From: Puniceicoccaceae bacterium
Lineage (GTDB): Bacteria; Verrucomicrobiota; Verrucomicrobiia; Opitutales; Oceanipulchritudinaceae
DNA: 64,000 nucleotides
NCBI GenBank assembly: GCA_040830765.1
Contig: JBFOMH010000005.1
Span: 256,001-320,000, forward strand
Direction: 5' to 3'
Notes under the pieces: model-generated
What the model was told of the DNA's origin: nothing
The model's database searches: none
The model's input: the letters and a program-made list of their open reading frames with translations, nothing else
Shown: positions 31,074 to 41,503 of the stretch, one piece after another
Position numbering within the stretch: the first letter of the stretch is position 1
How the letters are laid out: each line of letters starts with the position of its first letter
Translations under genes and position numbers: made by a program

Positions 31074-32510
31074 CTACTGGAAGAGTTTTTCACTTAGCAC
31101 GCGGAAGAAAACCTTTTCCGGATCCCCGTCCACGGTACCACTCCAGGAGGTTGGCCCCAAGTCACCCTCAGCCGGCAGCCAGTTGATTAAATCGAGACTG
31201 TACTCGACCTGCGGCAGGCCTTGGGCCGGTTGCCAGGAAAAACCAGCTTCCTTTTGCGCATTGTAATAGCCGCCGGTTATCTCAATGGGATCGCGGTCCG
31301 GTAGCTCACTCCCAAAGTGGAGGTCATCGGCAAAACCTACCTGATACGTATTTGATAGAGGCAGGCCATCCATGAGCACACGTTTGACCCATGTCCGCTC
31401 GTCCCCGGGATCCCCTACCCATCCGACAAATTCATGATTGGCTGTATTTTGGTGTTCCCCCAGCAAGGTTCCATCTTCCGCAAAGAACCGGGTCAGGGAA
31501 TTGGTGTTCCAGCGACGCATCACGGCAACACGGTGCTGCGGATTGGTGAAGACTATTTCGTAGGGATTTTGACCATCCGGGGCACCGTAACTGGCCCCGG
31601 ATCCCATCAGCTCGTTCGTTCCACTCGGTGGATTGACGCCATACAGCGGGACCACACAGACTGGATAATCGACAGCCACCGTCGGCGGCGGGTAGCGACG
31701 TTCGAGGGTCTTCAGGGTTAGAGTTTCCCCACCGGCTGGAATCTGGCGTACCGGGCCATTGGCCAGGCTGTTGAAATCAACAAGGGTATCTCCGAGAAAC
31801 TCGCGATAGAGGGTAAAGCGAGCAACGGCATCCTCCCCGTTGACGATTCCCAACTTCGCTGGTGGACCATCCGGCTTGGCGGTCCCGAAGAACAAGTCGT
31901 CGGTTTCGCCCACCTGGTAAGTTCCGCCCGGATTCATCCCGTCAATCTCAACGCGACTGACCCACTCGTTCTCATCCGGCCCTCCGGCAAACCAGGCAAC
32001 AAATTCGTTGGCGACAGTGTTCTGGTGCTCCCCAAGCAGATCCCCGGAGGGATTGTAGAACCGGGTCAGGGAATCGGGTGTCCAGAGCCGCATCATGCCC
32101 ACCCGGGCCTGGGGTTGCGAAAACACGATTTCGTAGCGGCTTTGACCATCCGGCAAACCGCCCGATGAGCGGGAGCCCATCAGGGTATGGGTTCCATTTT
32201 TGGTGCCGGTGACGAAACTGAAAGGCAGGACAACCACGGGATAATCCACCGACACCAGCGCAGGATAGCGTTGCTCGGTGGTCGCAAATGTCAGCTCGAC
32301 CCCACCCACCGATATCGGACCCAGCGGCCCACCGGTGATTTCCGGCTCATCAAAGGTTACGTGGGAATCGCCCAAGCGGTCCCGGTACTCCTCAAACTGC
32401 GCCAGCGCATCGGGTCCATAGGCAATTTCTCCGGCAAGGCAATTCCCCGGGAGTGTCAAAAGCCATAACCATACGACGCATCCGATTACTTTGCTCAATT
32501 GAGTTTTCAA
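31074..32510 (-). CDS. Secreted protein with two tandem ~185-aa repeats and a C-terminal 'FFR' domain
   Basis: Signal peptide; duplicated motifs such as VDYPV, PDGQ..YEIVF, SLTRF, LLGEHQNT, TYQVG..DDL.FG. Confidence 0.8.
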   Translation of the reverse strand: MKTQLSKVIGCVVWLWLLTLPGNCLAGEIAYGPDALAQFEEYRDRLGDSHVTFDEPEITGGPLGPISVGGVELTFATTEQRYPALVSVDYPVVVLPFSFVTGTKNGTHTLMGSRSSGGLPDGQSRYEIVFSQPQARVGMMRLWTPDSLTRFYNPSGDLLGEHQNTVANEFVAWFAGGPDENEWVSRVEIDGMNPGGTYQVGETDDLFFGTAKPDGPPAKLGIVNGEDAVARFTLYREFLGDTLVDFNSLANGPVRQIPAGGETLTLKTLERRYPPPTVAVDYPVCVVPLYGVNPPSGTNELMGSGASYGAPDGQNPYEIVFTNPQHRVAVMRRWNTNSLTRFFAEDGTLLGEHQNTANHEFVGWVGDPGDERTWVKRVLMDGLPLSNTYQVGFADDLHFGSELPDRDPIEITGGYYNAQKEAGFSWQPAQGLPQVEYSLDLINWLPAEGDLGPTSWSGTVDGDPEKVFFRVLSEKLFQ

Positions 32511-32684
32511 TCTGGGCCTCCTCTCATTTTGTATCCGCTTGGAAGTAAATGGTTATTATCAAATCACCCCACTTTGGGCAAGTCCAAGCCCTCTCTGAAA
32601 CCTCAATTTTCGGCTAGGCTTATACGGCCAAGAAGCTTTTATCTTTGCCAATCTGCTCCTGGAATCTATTCAATCAGGGAGCAA

Positions 32685-33599
32685 ATGGACGACCAAATCA
32701 CGCTTCTAGTACTCGCTGCCGGAATGGGGAGTCGATATGGCGGCATTAAGCAGCTGGAACCCATGGGGCCTAACGGGGAAACCCTCCTGGACTACTCCGT
32801 CCATGACGCCCTAAAGGCAGGTTTTGGCAAGGTTGTCTTTGTCATTCGGCGGGAAATCGAGGAACCCTTCAGGAAAACGGTCGGCAAGCGCTACGAAGAC
32901 CTGGTGCCGATTGAATATGTCTTTCAAGAACTTGATGACCTGCCTCAAGGCCATACCGCTCCCGAGGGTCGTTCAAAACCATGGGGGACCGGTCAGGCAA
33001 TCCTGGCAGCCCGTGATGTCATCGATGGATGTTTTGCCGTCATCAATGCCGATGACTTTTACGGACAGGAAGCCTATGCCGTCATCAGTCGCTACTTCAC
33101 TGAGAGTATCGAGAAAGGCACGACACCGCTCTGCATGGTCGGGTATCTCCTGGATCACACTCTTTCCCTTCACGGCAGCGTCAATCGCGGCCTTTGCCAA
33201 GGAACTGCGGGACGCCTTCAATCCGTTGAGGAAATAATCGATATCGACCGGGACCGCCACGGCACCATCCTCGGGACCAACGGGAATGGGAAGGAGGTCA
33301 TTCTTCCCCCCGATGCACTGGTCTCCATGAACTTTTGGGGCTTTTCCTCAATGGTTTTTCCTGACCTTGAACGCCACTTCATCCGCTTCCTTCAAGGCCA
33401 TAGTGAATCCCTAACCGGGGAATTCTACATTCCAACCTTTGTTGATGACCTCATCACCATGGAGGGTGCACAGTGCGACCTGTTACAGACGGACGCCTCC
33501 TGGTTCGGGGTAACCTATCCCGGCGACAAGCCGTACGTACAACAGCGTCTAAGTGAACTGATCGGGAATGGTGTTTATCCCTCCCCACTGAACGGATAA
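32685..33599 (+). CDS. Sugar-phosphate nucleotidyltransferase family protein
   Basis: 'LAAGMGSRYGGIKQ', 'KPWGTGQA', 'INADDFYG', 'WFGVTY..D'. Confidence 0.9.
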   Translation: MDDQITLLVLAAGMGSRYGGIKQLEPMGPNGETLLDYSVHDALKAGFGKVVFVIRREIEEPFRKTVGKRYEDLVPIEYVFQELDDLPQGHTAPEGRSKPWGTGQAILAARDVIDGCFAVINADDFYGQEAYAVISRYFTESIEKGTTPLCMVGYLLDHTLSLHGSVNRGLCQGTAGRLQSVEEIIDIDRDRHGTILGTNGNGKEVILPPDALVSMNFWGFSSMVFPDLERHFIRFLQGHSESLTGEFYIPTFVDDLITMEGAQCDLLQTDASWFGVTYPGDKPYVQQRLSELIGNGVYPSPLNG

Positions 33600-33603
33600 G
33601 CCG

Positions 33604-33990
33604 ATGAAGCAATCCAGGCTTATCCTGTTAACCCGGGGATTCAAGAGTCAGTGCCCGCGGTGCTGCAATCCTGACCTCTTCCAGACCCATTACCGGTTGC
33701 GGGAATGCTGCCCGTCATGCGGCCTTGCCCTTGAGCAGGAGGATGGTTGGGGGCTCGGGGCCATTCCCCTGAACTACGTTTTCACCTGCCTCTGCTGGAT
33801 ACTGCCGGTCGCCCTTGCCTACCTCATCGGATGGGTGTCCCTTACCCTGGCATTCATCCTTGCCGGTCTCGGTGCTGTCTTGGTCCCCTTTCTTACTTAT
33901 CGCCGGGCTAAGTGCCTTTGGGTTGGCATCTATTACGCCGTCCTGCCCCATGAACTCGATTCCAATATTGGCAATAAAAAGGGCGCCTGA
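33604..33990 (+). CDS. DUF983-like zinc-ribbon membrane protein
   Basis: CPRC...CPSCG followed by two TM helices. Confidence 0.8.
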   Translation: MKQSRLILLTRGFKSQCPRCCNPDLFQTHYRLRECCPSCGLALEQEDGWGLGAIPLNYVFTCLCWILPVALAYLIGWVSLTLAFILAGLGAVLVPFLTYRRAKCLWVGIYYAVLPHELDSNIGNKKGA

Positions 33991-34004
33991 TTGCTCAGGC
34001 ACCC
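33977..34004 (-). terminator. Intrinsic terminator of the RRM gene
   Basis: Minus strand GGGUGCCUGA-GCAA-UCAGGCGCCC-UUUU. Confidence 0.75.
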
Positions 34005-34033
34005 CAGAGAATTTTCGGCTTTTGGGCAGGCAC

Positions 34034-34396
34034 TTAACGGTAACGCGGACGACCGCCATCACGGTTGCCCCCACGTCCACCAAAGCCACCGCGACCTCCG
34101 CCACGCTGGAAGCCACCGCCGCCGCCACCGCCACCGAATCCGCCACTGCGGGGCTTGCGCTCCTCAGCTTCGCGAACCCGTAACGGGCGACCTTGCAACT
34201 CCGATTCATTCAAGGCGTCAATTGCCGCTTGGCCTTCCTCGTTGTTCGGCATCTTGACAAAGCCAAAACCACGGGAGCGTCCGGACTCACGGTCAAGGAT
34301 GACGCGTGCAGACTCAACTGTGCCATATTGTTCAAACGCGCTTTGAAGTTCATCATCGCGAACTTCATAAGCGAGGTTTCCTACATAGATATCCAT
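34034..34396 (-). CDS. RRM RNA-binding protein with Gly/Arg-rich tail
   Basis: RNP2 'IYVGNL', RNP1 'RGFGFV'; RGG-rich C-terminus. Confidence 0.96.
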   Translation of the reverse strand: MDIYVGNLAYEVRDDELQSAFEQYGTVESARVILDRESGRSRGFGFVKMPNNEEGQAAIDALNESELQGRPLRVREAEERKPRSGGFGGGGGGGGFQRGGGRGGFGGRGGNRDGGRPRYR

Positions 34397-34619
34397 TTAA
34401 CTTATACTAACTCGTGTGCGCACCTTTAATGGGTTCCTGCCGGTGGGTGCGCATTCCGTCATGAAACCGTTTGTTTGTCTCGATAAATCGGCTTCACATT
34501 TTCCGGATGGGATCACTGAGTTTCCAACGAATCGACGATTCCAAGCCAATGCTGCAAAGCACCATTTTAATGGAATCGACACCTATCCATGCAGGAATCC
34601 AACCCGGGAGCAATCCTAT

Positions 34620-34943
34620 TTATTCCACTCCCTCGCAGTACAATCCATACAGCGTCTCCAGCAGATGACCCACGTCGTCCCGTCCCACCCGGTAATATAC
34701 CGTCTGCCGCTCCTTGCGCGTCGCGACCAAACCTCCTCGACGTAACCGGGCCAGGTGTTGCGAAAGCGCCGAGGGACTCAGCTCAATCCGCTCCAGTAAC
34801 TGTCCCACCGATAACTCCCCCTCCTGGCTCAGCAGGCAAAGCACCCGCAATCGCTCCCCGTGACTCATCAGCCCCAAAACTGCCGTCGCCTGCTCCAGGC
34901 CAGCACTCCCCGCCAGTTCTTCCAGTTTGTCCCGCTTCTTCAT
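34620..34943 (-). CDS. ArsR/SmtB family repressor, BigR/SqrR-like (two Cys)
   Basis: 'RLRVLC.L', 'SALSQHLARLR', C-terminal 'LYGLYC'. Confidence 0.88.
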   Translation of the reverse strand: MKKRDKLEELAGSAGLEQATAVLGLMSHGERLRVLCLLSQEGELSVGQLLERIELSPSALSQHLARLRRGGLVATRKERQTVYYRVGRDDVGHLLETLYGLYCEGVE

Positions 34944-34946
34944 CGT

Positions 34947-34992
34947 AATTAATAATTTAGTGTTGACTAATTTAGTTTTTGCTTAATTTAGT
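34947..34992. promoter_or_regulatory. Divergent promoter/operator with three TAATTTAGT repeats
   Basis: TAATTTAGT at 34953, 34968 and 34984; inverted repeat TTAGT-GTTG-ACTAA; AT-rich 55-bp gap between the ArsR and DUF2892 genes. Confidence 0.65.
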
Positions 34993-34998
34993 GGGGGT

Positions 34999-35241
34999 AT
35001 GCAAGCAGAAAAGCAAAAAAAGATGAATCTGGACCGGGCCGTGATGGCGATGGCAGGGAGCTTTATCGTGATCAGTGTGGTCCTTGGGATCATTTGGACG
35101 CAATGGGCCCTGCTGTTCACGGCTTTCGTGGGCGCAAATCTCCTTCAAGCAGCCTTTACAGGTTTCTGTCCGGCGGCTATGATTTTCCGCAAGCTGGGTT
35201 TGCGAGCGGGCTGTGCCTTTGGCGGTTCCGAGGAAGCCTGA
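34999..35241 (+). CDS. DUF2892 (YgaP-like transmembrane) protein
   Basis: 'FVGANLLQAAFTGFCP' signature. Confidence 0.9.
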   Translation: MQAEKQKKMNLDRAVMAMAGSFIVISVVLGIIWTQWALLFTAFVGANLLQAAFTGFCPAAMIFRKLGLRAGCAFGGSEEA

Positions 35242-35262
35242 AACGAATCAAGGAAGGGGAAA

Positions 35263-36270
35263 ATGGTGAGAAGCGTATCAATGGGATTGGCGATCCTGCT
35301 GTTGGCCGGATGTGGTCATCAGGAGGGAAAAGATACGGCGATTGTACTGCCCGAGGCTGACGTTTGGACCCATCTGGTTGGCGAGCGTACACACACCCGC
35401 ATGCAATGGTTACCGGGGACAGTCTATCCGGTCGAGCAAGCGCTGGTTGCGGCAAAGATCATGGCAACCGTGGAGGAGGTTTCCTTCACGATCGGGCAGG
35501 CTGTGACTGCGGGGGACATTTTAATCGAGTTACGCGCGGATGAGATTGATGCCCGGGTGGAACAGGCGGAAGCAGCGTTGGCACAACTGGAACGCAATTA
35601 TGAGCGGGACAAGGGCCTGCTGGCCCAAAGCGCGACTACCGCGGAAGCAGTTCGCACCCTTGAGGACAGGATTCGGCTGGCAAAAGCCGAACTGGCAGAA
35701 GCCAAGACAATGGAAGGCTACCAGCTGATACGGGCACCTTTCAACGGGACGGTAACTTCGAAGAAGGTACGCCGGGGAGACTTGGCGACGCCGGGTATGG
35801 TCCTATTCTCGATTGAAGGAAGCGGCGCTTTGGAAATACAGGTGCAGGTCCCGGACTCGCTTTCCGCCCTGCCCTATGGAACGGTGGTGGCGATTGAAGC
35901 AGACAGGCAGAAGCTTGAGAGCCGCCTTGCGGAATGGTCACCAGCTGCGGATCCGGCAAGCCGGACCCGGCTGGTAAAACTGGTCCTCCCGGCTGAATCA
36001 CCGGTTCGATCCGGTCAGTATGTACGTGTGGGCTGGCCCGCCGGCGAGACCACATCCATCTGGATACCTGCGGAAGCCCTCAGCATTCACGGCCAGATGG
36101 AACGGGTTTACCTGGTTGAGGAAAGCTTCCTTCGTCTGCGGATGATCAAGACCGGTATCCGCGAGGCTGGCTGGATTCAAGTCCTGGCTGGCCTGAAATC
36201 CGGTGACCAGGTGGTCCTTTCCCCTGGAAACCAACTGAAGGACGGACAACCCGCAAAGGTAATCCAGTGA
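35263..36270 (+). CDS. RND efflux periplasmic adaptor (MFP) lipoprotein
   Basis: Lipobox LAGC; lipoyl-hairpin halves '[10 protein letters not shown]' and 'IRAPFNG.V'. Confidence 0.92.
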   Translation: MVRSVSMGLAILLLAGCGHQEGKDTAIVLPEADVWTHLVGERTHTRMQWLPGTVYPVEQALVAAKIMATVEEVSFTIGQAVTAGDILIELRADEIDARVEQAEAALAQLERNYERDKGLLAQSATTAEAVRTLEDRIRLAKAELAEAKTMEGYQLIRAPFNGTVTSKKVRRGDLATPGMVLFSIEGSGALEIQVQVPDSLSALPYGTVVAIEADRQKLESRLAEWSPAADPASRTRLVKLVLPAESPVRSGQYVRVGWPAGETTSIWIPAEALSIHGQMERVYLVEESFLRLRMIKTGIREAGWIQVLAGLKSGDQVVLSPGNQLKDGQPAKVIQ

Positions 36271-39200
36271 AAAACGATACCCAATTTGGATTTGCGGGAC
36301 GGCTGGCTTCATTCTTCATCGATTCCAAGCTGACCCCGATCGCGATTATTGCCTCCATCCTGCTGGGCATATTCGCGGTCCTGCAGCTACCGCGCGAGGA
36401 AGAGCCGCAAATCAAGGTGCCGATGATAGATGTCTTCGTCTCCATGCCGGGCACCCAACCGAGGGAGCTGGAGAACCGGGTAACCCGCCCGATGGAGAAG
36501 TTGCTCTGGGAAATTCCTGACGTTGAGTACATCTATTCCACCACCAGTCCCGGACAGGCCATGGTCATTGTCCGCTTTGAAGTTGGGACCGATTTGGAAG
36601 CCGCTCTGGTCAGGTTGAACCAGAAGTTGCAGACCAATTTCGATCGCATCCCTCCCGAGGCCAGCTTGCCGATGATCAAGCCAAGGACGATCGATGATGT
36701 CCCGGTACTGGCAATGACCTTCCACTCGGAATCCTATGACCACCTCACCCTGCGGCGGATAGCAGCCCAGGTTGATGACGCTATCAAGCCCATCAATCAG
36801 GTTGCGGAGACCACATTGATCGGCGGCACGACCCGGCAAATTCGGATTACCCTTGATCATGCTGCGCTGGCCGCCCATCAAATCAATCCGCTGTCCCTGG
36901 CGGCCACCCTCAGGAGTGCCAACACCAGTCGGCAGCTGGGCTCCTTGCCGATGGACAGTGAAGACGTTCTTCTTGAGACAGGAGACTTCTTCAAGACCGT
37001 CGAGGATGTGGATAATCTTGTCGTCGGGGTCTTTGCCGACCGGCCCGTTTACCTGGGTACTGTCGCCGAAGTTCGGGACATGTCGTCCGAGCCTGTTGAC
37101 TATGTCTTTCACACGCGTCCCGGTGGTTCCTTCGAAAGTGCGGTCACCTTGAGTGTTTCCAAGCGCCCGGGAGCCAACGCCATTGATGTCGTCAACGAAG
37201 TCCTGACCAAGGTCGATTCCTTCAAGGGGACCCTGATCCCAGCCGACATTGAGGTCACGGTGACCCGGGATTATGGCCACACGGCAGCCGAAAAGAGTAA
37301 CGAACTCCTCCTTCACATGGGCATTGCTGTATTCGGAGTCGCCTTGTTGATCCTCTTTTTCCTCGGATGGCGGGAGTCGCTGGTCGTCCTTCTGGCCATC
37401 CCCTCCACTCTTGCTCTGACGCTACTTGTTTTCTTTCTCTACGGCTACACCCTCAACCGGATCACCCTTTTCGCCCTTATATTCTCGATCGGGATCCTCG
37501 TCGATGATGCCATCGTTGTCGTTGAAAACATCGTCCGCCATGTGCGGATGAAGTCCAGCCAGGGCAAAACATTGACCGAAGTCGCCTTGACGGCAGTTGA
37601 CGAAGTCGGGAACCCCACTGTCCTTGCCACATGGGCAGTCATAGCGGCCATCCTGCCGATGGCCTTTGTCGGAGGCCTTATGGGACCCTACATGCGGCCG
37701 ATCCCCATTGGTTCGACTGCGGCCATGCTTTTTTCCCTGGTGATTGCCTTTACTGTTACCCCGTGGGCTGCTGTCCGGGTCATCCGTCGCCATGCCAAAG
37801 CAGAGGTGCCTGAAGGGGAAGGAACGACTGCTGACGGCCATGAAGTGCCAGATGACATCTTCACCCGGCTCTATCACAAAGTCATGGAGCCCTTGCTGGA
37901 CAAAGGCCTGTGGCGCTGGAGCTTCCTCGTAGCCATCGGCTTCCTGCTGGTCGCATCCATGGCTCTGGTCGGGCTCGGCTTGGTGAAAGTCAAAATGCTG
38001 CCTTTCGACAACAAGTCGGAGTTCCAAGTGATTATCAATGCGAAGGAAGGATCCACCTTGGAGGAAACCACCCGGATGGCGATGGAGATGGCGGAAGCTG
38101 TCCGCGGGGAACCGGAGGTCAGTGATATCCAGGTCTACGCGGGAACGGCCGCTCCATTTAATTTCAATGGCCTGGTTCGTCACTACTTCCTCCGCAAGGG
38201 ACCGAATGTCGCCGACCTGCAGGTCAATCTGGTCGGCAAGCACGACCGGGACCTGCAAAGCCACGATATTGCTGGTCGCATCCGGCCGGTCGTCACGGAG
38301 ATTGCCGAACGATATGGAGCCGTCGTCGCTGTAGCCGAAGTACCCCCTGGCCCGCCAGTTCTGCAAACAATTGTTGCAGAGGTCTACGGACCGGATCCGG
38401 ACAAGCGGACCGAGCTGGCCCGCAAAGTGCGGCAAATCATGCTGGAGACCGATGGCGTCGTTGATGTCGACTGGTACATCCAGGAGCCGCAGACAAAACT
38501 GAGATATATCGTCGACGAGGCCAAAGCCGCTCTCCACGGAATCACCGAGGATGACCTGAACAAGGTTCTCGGACTGGCCAGCCAGGGCATGGCCGTCGAC
38601 TTGCTGCACCTGCCGGATGAACGGGAGGACGTCCTCATCCACCTGGAGTTTCCCGACGAGGCCAAAGCCAAGCCGGAAGACCTCCTCGCCCTGCAGGTCC
38701 GCTCTCCGAGGATGCCCGAATCACCACTGGTTCCCCTTTCTGAATTGGTCAGGATTGAGAGCGCTATCGCGGAACAGCCGCTCTACCGGAAAAACCTGAA
38801 ACCGGTGACCTATGTCACGGCTGACGTCGGGGGTGCCATCGAGAGCCCGGCCTACGCCCTATTCAAGATCAACAAGGCCTTGAAGGAAATTGACATGCGG
38901 GCCTACGGCGCGAGCACCAGTGATTTCAAGCTGCATCATCTCAATCTTCCTTTTGACGACCAGGAACCGGCCATGAAATGGGACGGTGAGTGGCATATAA
39001 CCCTCGAGGTATTCCGCGACCTTGGCCTCGCTTTTGCCGCCGTCCTGGTCTTGATCGCAATGTTGATGGTGGGATGGTTCAAGAGCTACAAGACCCCACT
39101 GGTCGTCATGGCGGCAATTCCCTTCTCCCTCGTCGGGATTCTCCCCGCTCATTGGGCCATGGGCGCGTTTTTTACCGCCACTTCCATGATCGGGTTCATG

Positions 39201-39497
39201 GCCGGCGCGGGGATCGTTGTGCGCAACTCGATTATCCTCGTGGACTTCATCGAGCTTCGCCGTGAGCAGGGCCTGGCGCTTCGCGAGGCGGTTGTCGAGG
39301 CGGGTGCGGTGCGTTTCCGACCGATGCTGCTGACTGCACTGGCTGTTGTCGTGGGAGCGAGTGTCATCCTCGCGGATCCGATCTTCCAGGGCCTTGCCAT
39401 CAGCCTCATGTTTGGGGAAATCGCTTCCCTGGCAATCAGCCGCATGGCCGTACCAGTGCTTTATTACATGAGTGCCGGAAAGGCGGATCAGGATTGA
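36267..39497 (+). CDS. RND efflux permease (AcrB/AcrD/AcrF family)
   Basis: 1076 aa; '[14 protein letters not shown]', 'RFRPMLLT', 'PREEEPQI'. Confidence 0.95.
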   Translation: MKNDTQFGFAGRLASFFIDSKLTPIAIIASILLGIFAVLQLPREEEPQIKVPMIDVFVSMPGTQPRELENRVTRPMEKLLWEIPDVEYIYSTTSPGQAMVIVRFEVGTDLEAALVRLNQKLQTNFDRIPPEASLPMIKPRTIDDVPVLAMTFHSESYDHLTLRRIAAQVDDAIKPINQVAETTLIGGTTRQIRITLDHAALAAHQINPLSLAATLRSANTSRQLGSLPMDSEDVLLETGDFFKTVEDVDNLVVGVFADRPVYLGTVAEVRDMSSEPVDYVFHTRPGGSFESAVTLSVSKRPGANAIDVVNEVLTKVDSFKGTLIPADIEVTVTRDYGHTAAEKSNELLLHMGIAVFGVALLILFFLGWRESLVVLLAIPSTLALTLLVFFLYGYTLNRITLFALIFSIGILVDDAIVVVENIVRHVRMKSSQGKTLTEVALTAVDEVGNPTVLATWAVIAAILPMAFVGGLMGPYMRPIPIGSTAAMLFSLVIAFTVTPWAAVRVIRRHAKAEVPEGEGTTADGHEVPDDIFTRLYHKVMEPLLDKGLWRWSFLVAIGFLLVASMALVGLGLVKVKMLPFDNKSEFQVIINAKEGSTLEETTRMAMEMAEAVRGEPEVSDIQVYAGTAAPFNFNGLVRHYFLRKGPNVADLQVNLVGKHDRDLQSHDIAGRIRPVVTEIAERYGAVVAVAEVPPGPPVLQTIVAEVYGPDPDKRTELARKVRQIMLETDGVVDVDWYIQEPQTKLRYIVDEAKAALHGITEDDLNKVLGLASQGMAVDLLHLPDEREDVLIHLEFPDEAKAKPEDLLALQVRSPRMPESPLVPLSELVRIESAIAEQPLYRKNLKPVTYVTADVGGAIESPAYALFKINKALKEIDMRAYGASTSDFKLHHLNLPFDDQEPAMKWDGEWHITLEVFRDLGLAFAAVLVLIAMLMVGWFKSYKTPLVVMAAIPFSLVGILPAHWAMGAFFTATSMIGFMAGAGIVVRNSIILVDFIELRREQGLALREAVVEAGAVRFRPMLLTALAVVVGASVILADPIFQGLAISLMFGEIASLAISRMAVPVLYYMSAGKADQD

Positions 39498-40219
39498 AGC
39501 AGCTGGATGGCCTCAGCCACATCCAAGTGATCGTCGTAAATAGCCTTCCCGCTGATCACCCCGTTGAGGTTGGAATGGGTGGAGGCGATTTCCTTGAATC
39601 GGGCAACGTCATCCAGCGAGGCTACCCCACCTGATGCAATGACATCGATCTCCAGGTTGTTCAGCATCTCCAACTGGGCCTCAAAATTCGGCCCAATCAT
39701 CATGCCATCCCGGCTGATGTCGGTGTAGATAATGGTGTGAATGCCAATATCCTGCACGGTCCGGGCAAACTCAAGGGCCGAGAGGTCGACGTTCTCGATC
39801 CAGCCCTTGACGGCTACCTTGCCATCCTTGGCATCAATGCCGACAGCCAGGTTATCCGGATCAAAATGGTGAAGACAGGCATAGAGGAAGTTCGGGTCCG
39901 TGACCGCCTTGGTCCCAATAATCACTCGCTGGACGCCAAGGTCGAGCCAGTGGCGAATCACTTCAATGGAACGGATGCCGCCTCCCAGCTCGACTTTCAG
40001 GCCGGACTCAAGGATGGCCTCAACCGCCTGGCCGTTTTCCTGCTTACCGGTAAACGCCCCATCAAGGTCCACCACATGAACCCATTCAGCACCAGCTTCC
40101 CGGAACTTTCCCGCCGGTTCAGAGGCATCGTCCGCATAGACGGTCTCTGCATCGGCCCGCCCCTGTTCGAGCCGGACAACGCGTCCTCCCTTGAGGTCAA
40201 TTGCTGGGTAAAAAATCAT
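39488..40219 (-). CDS. hisA: ProFAR isomerase
   Basis: '[15 protein letters not shown]', 'HVVDLDGA', 'GGGIRS', 'TDISRDG'. Confidence 0.96.
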   Translation of the reverse strand: MIFYPAIDLKGGRVVRLEQGRADAETVYADDASEPAGKFREAGAEWVHVVDLDGAFTGKQENGQAVEAILESGLKVELGGGIRSIEVIRHWLDLGVQRVIIGTKAVTDPNFLYACLHHFDPDNLAVGIDAKDGKVAVKGWIENVDLSALEFARTVQDIGIHTIIYTDISRDGMMIGPNFEAQLEMLNNLEIDVIASGGVASLDDVARFKEIASTHSNLNGVISGKAIYDDHLDVAEAIQLLQS

Positions 40220-40349
40220 TTCCTTAACGCTGTACGCGAAAAACCATAACGACCAGTTCATTTTCCAGAACTTCTCCTTCTTAACATAAATTTTTAATTA
40301 ATTCACGCGCGGACTGGCAGGAAAGCATTCGAGCCCTATAGTAGCAGAC

Positions 40350-41420
40350 ATGGTACAAAAATCCCAAGCTCCGGCCTTTCTGGTCGACCTCCTCAATGCC
40401 CGCTCTCCCTCCGGATATGAATCGGAGGCCCAAGCCGTTGTTGATGAATATGTTCAACCCGCATCGGATCAATATCGCAAGGATGCCCTTGGTAACCGCA
40501 TTGCCTCCCTGGAGGCAAATGGTGGGCCGACGGTGATGATGGCCGGCCACATGGATGAACTCGGACTCCTCATTACCTACGTTGATGATAATGGCTTTCT
40601 CTACTTCAGAAACGTAGGCGGGATTGACCTGACCACCATCGCTGGTCGACGGGTCTCCATCCTTACACGTGATGGCGTCGTAACCGGCGTGACCGGTCGC
40701 AGGGCGATTCACCTCTTGAACGCCGAGGAGAGGAAGAAGGTCCCCGAGTTGCAAAACCTCTGGATCGATATCGGGGCCAAGGACAAGGAGGACGCACTAA
40801 AACGGGTCCGCATCGGGGATGTGGCCGTGTACGACCATGGATTCGAGATGATGACGGACTCGATCGGTATTGCGAGGGCCTTTGATGACAAGGCAGGCTG
40901 CTACGTTGTCTGCGAAGTCCTGAGAAGGTTGGCCAAGGAGCGGGAGTCCTTTACCGCCGGCATGGTGGCCATTGCCACCAGCCAGGAGGAAATCGGGTGC
41001 CGCGGTGCCCGGGCAGTGGCCGGCGGCGTGGAGGCAGATTTTGCCATTGCCGTGGATGTGGGCCACGCGACGGATCATCCGGAATGCGACAACCGACGCT
41101 TTGGCGAGTTCAAACTTGGCGGTGGTCCCATCATCACCCGGGGGGCTAATATTAATCCGTTTGTCTTCGAGCGTCTGGTCGAGGTTGCTGAAGCCAAGAA
41201 GATCCCTTTCCAGATCGAGGCAGATCCCCGCCCCACCGGAACCGATGGACGTGAACTGCAAATGGCTCCGGGTGGATTGGCCACCGGCGTTGTCTCCATC
41301 CCGCTCCGCTACATGCATACCCCGAGTGAGATGGTCGACCTGCGGGACGTTGAAAACACAGTCCAGTTGCTCACCGCCTTTACCCAGTCCCTCAAAGCCG
41401 GCGATTCCGGGGAGTGGTAA
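40350..41420 (+). CDS. M42 family metallo-aminopeptidase
   Basis: 'GHMDE', 'FDDKAG', 'QEEIG', 'AVDV', 'RYMHTP.E'. Confidence 0.93.
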   Translation: MVQKSQAPAFLVDLLNARSPSGYESEAQAVVDEYVQPASDQYRKDALGNRIASLEANGGPTVMMAGHMDELGLLITYVDDNGFLYFRNVGGIDLTTIAGRRVSILTRDGVVTGVTGRRAIHLLNAEERKKVPELQNLWIDIGAKDKEDALKRVRIGDVAVYDHGFEMMTDSIGIARAFDDKAGCYVVCEVLRRLAKERESFTAGMVAIATSQEEIGCRGARAVAGGVEADFAIAVDVGHATDHPECDNRRFGEFKLGGGPIITRGANINPFVFERLVEVAEAKKIPFQIEADPRPTGTDGRELQMAPGGLATGVVSIPLRYMHTPSEMVDLRDVENTVQLLTAFTQSLKAGDSGEW

Positions 41421-41445
41421 ACAACTCTGGAGGTTGCATGCAGAA

Positions 41446-41497
41446 ACTACAGGCGGGACGCCTGTAGTCCATTGGAGTACAGGCGTCCCGCCTGTAC
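41446..41497. repeat. Pair of inverted REP-like palindromes
   Basis: ACTACAGGCGGGACGCCTGTAGT and GTACAGGCGTCCCGCCTGTAC between convergent genes. Confidence 0.75.
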
Positions 41498-41503
41498 CGC
41501 AAT

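Noticed and set aside
32499..32684. Extended N-termini in the ORF track (nucleotidyltransferase, gpgS, rodZ-like, miaB, hisA, ggt, lexA, sigma54 regulator, hemD)
   Set aside because: The extensions overlap neighbours or promoters and precede the family-typical first motif, so downstream starts were used
34070..34150. GCC/CCA-rich low-complexity tract
   Set aside because: It encodes the Gly/Arg-rich tail of the RRM protein
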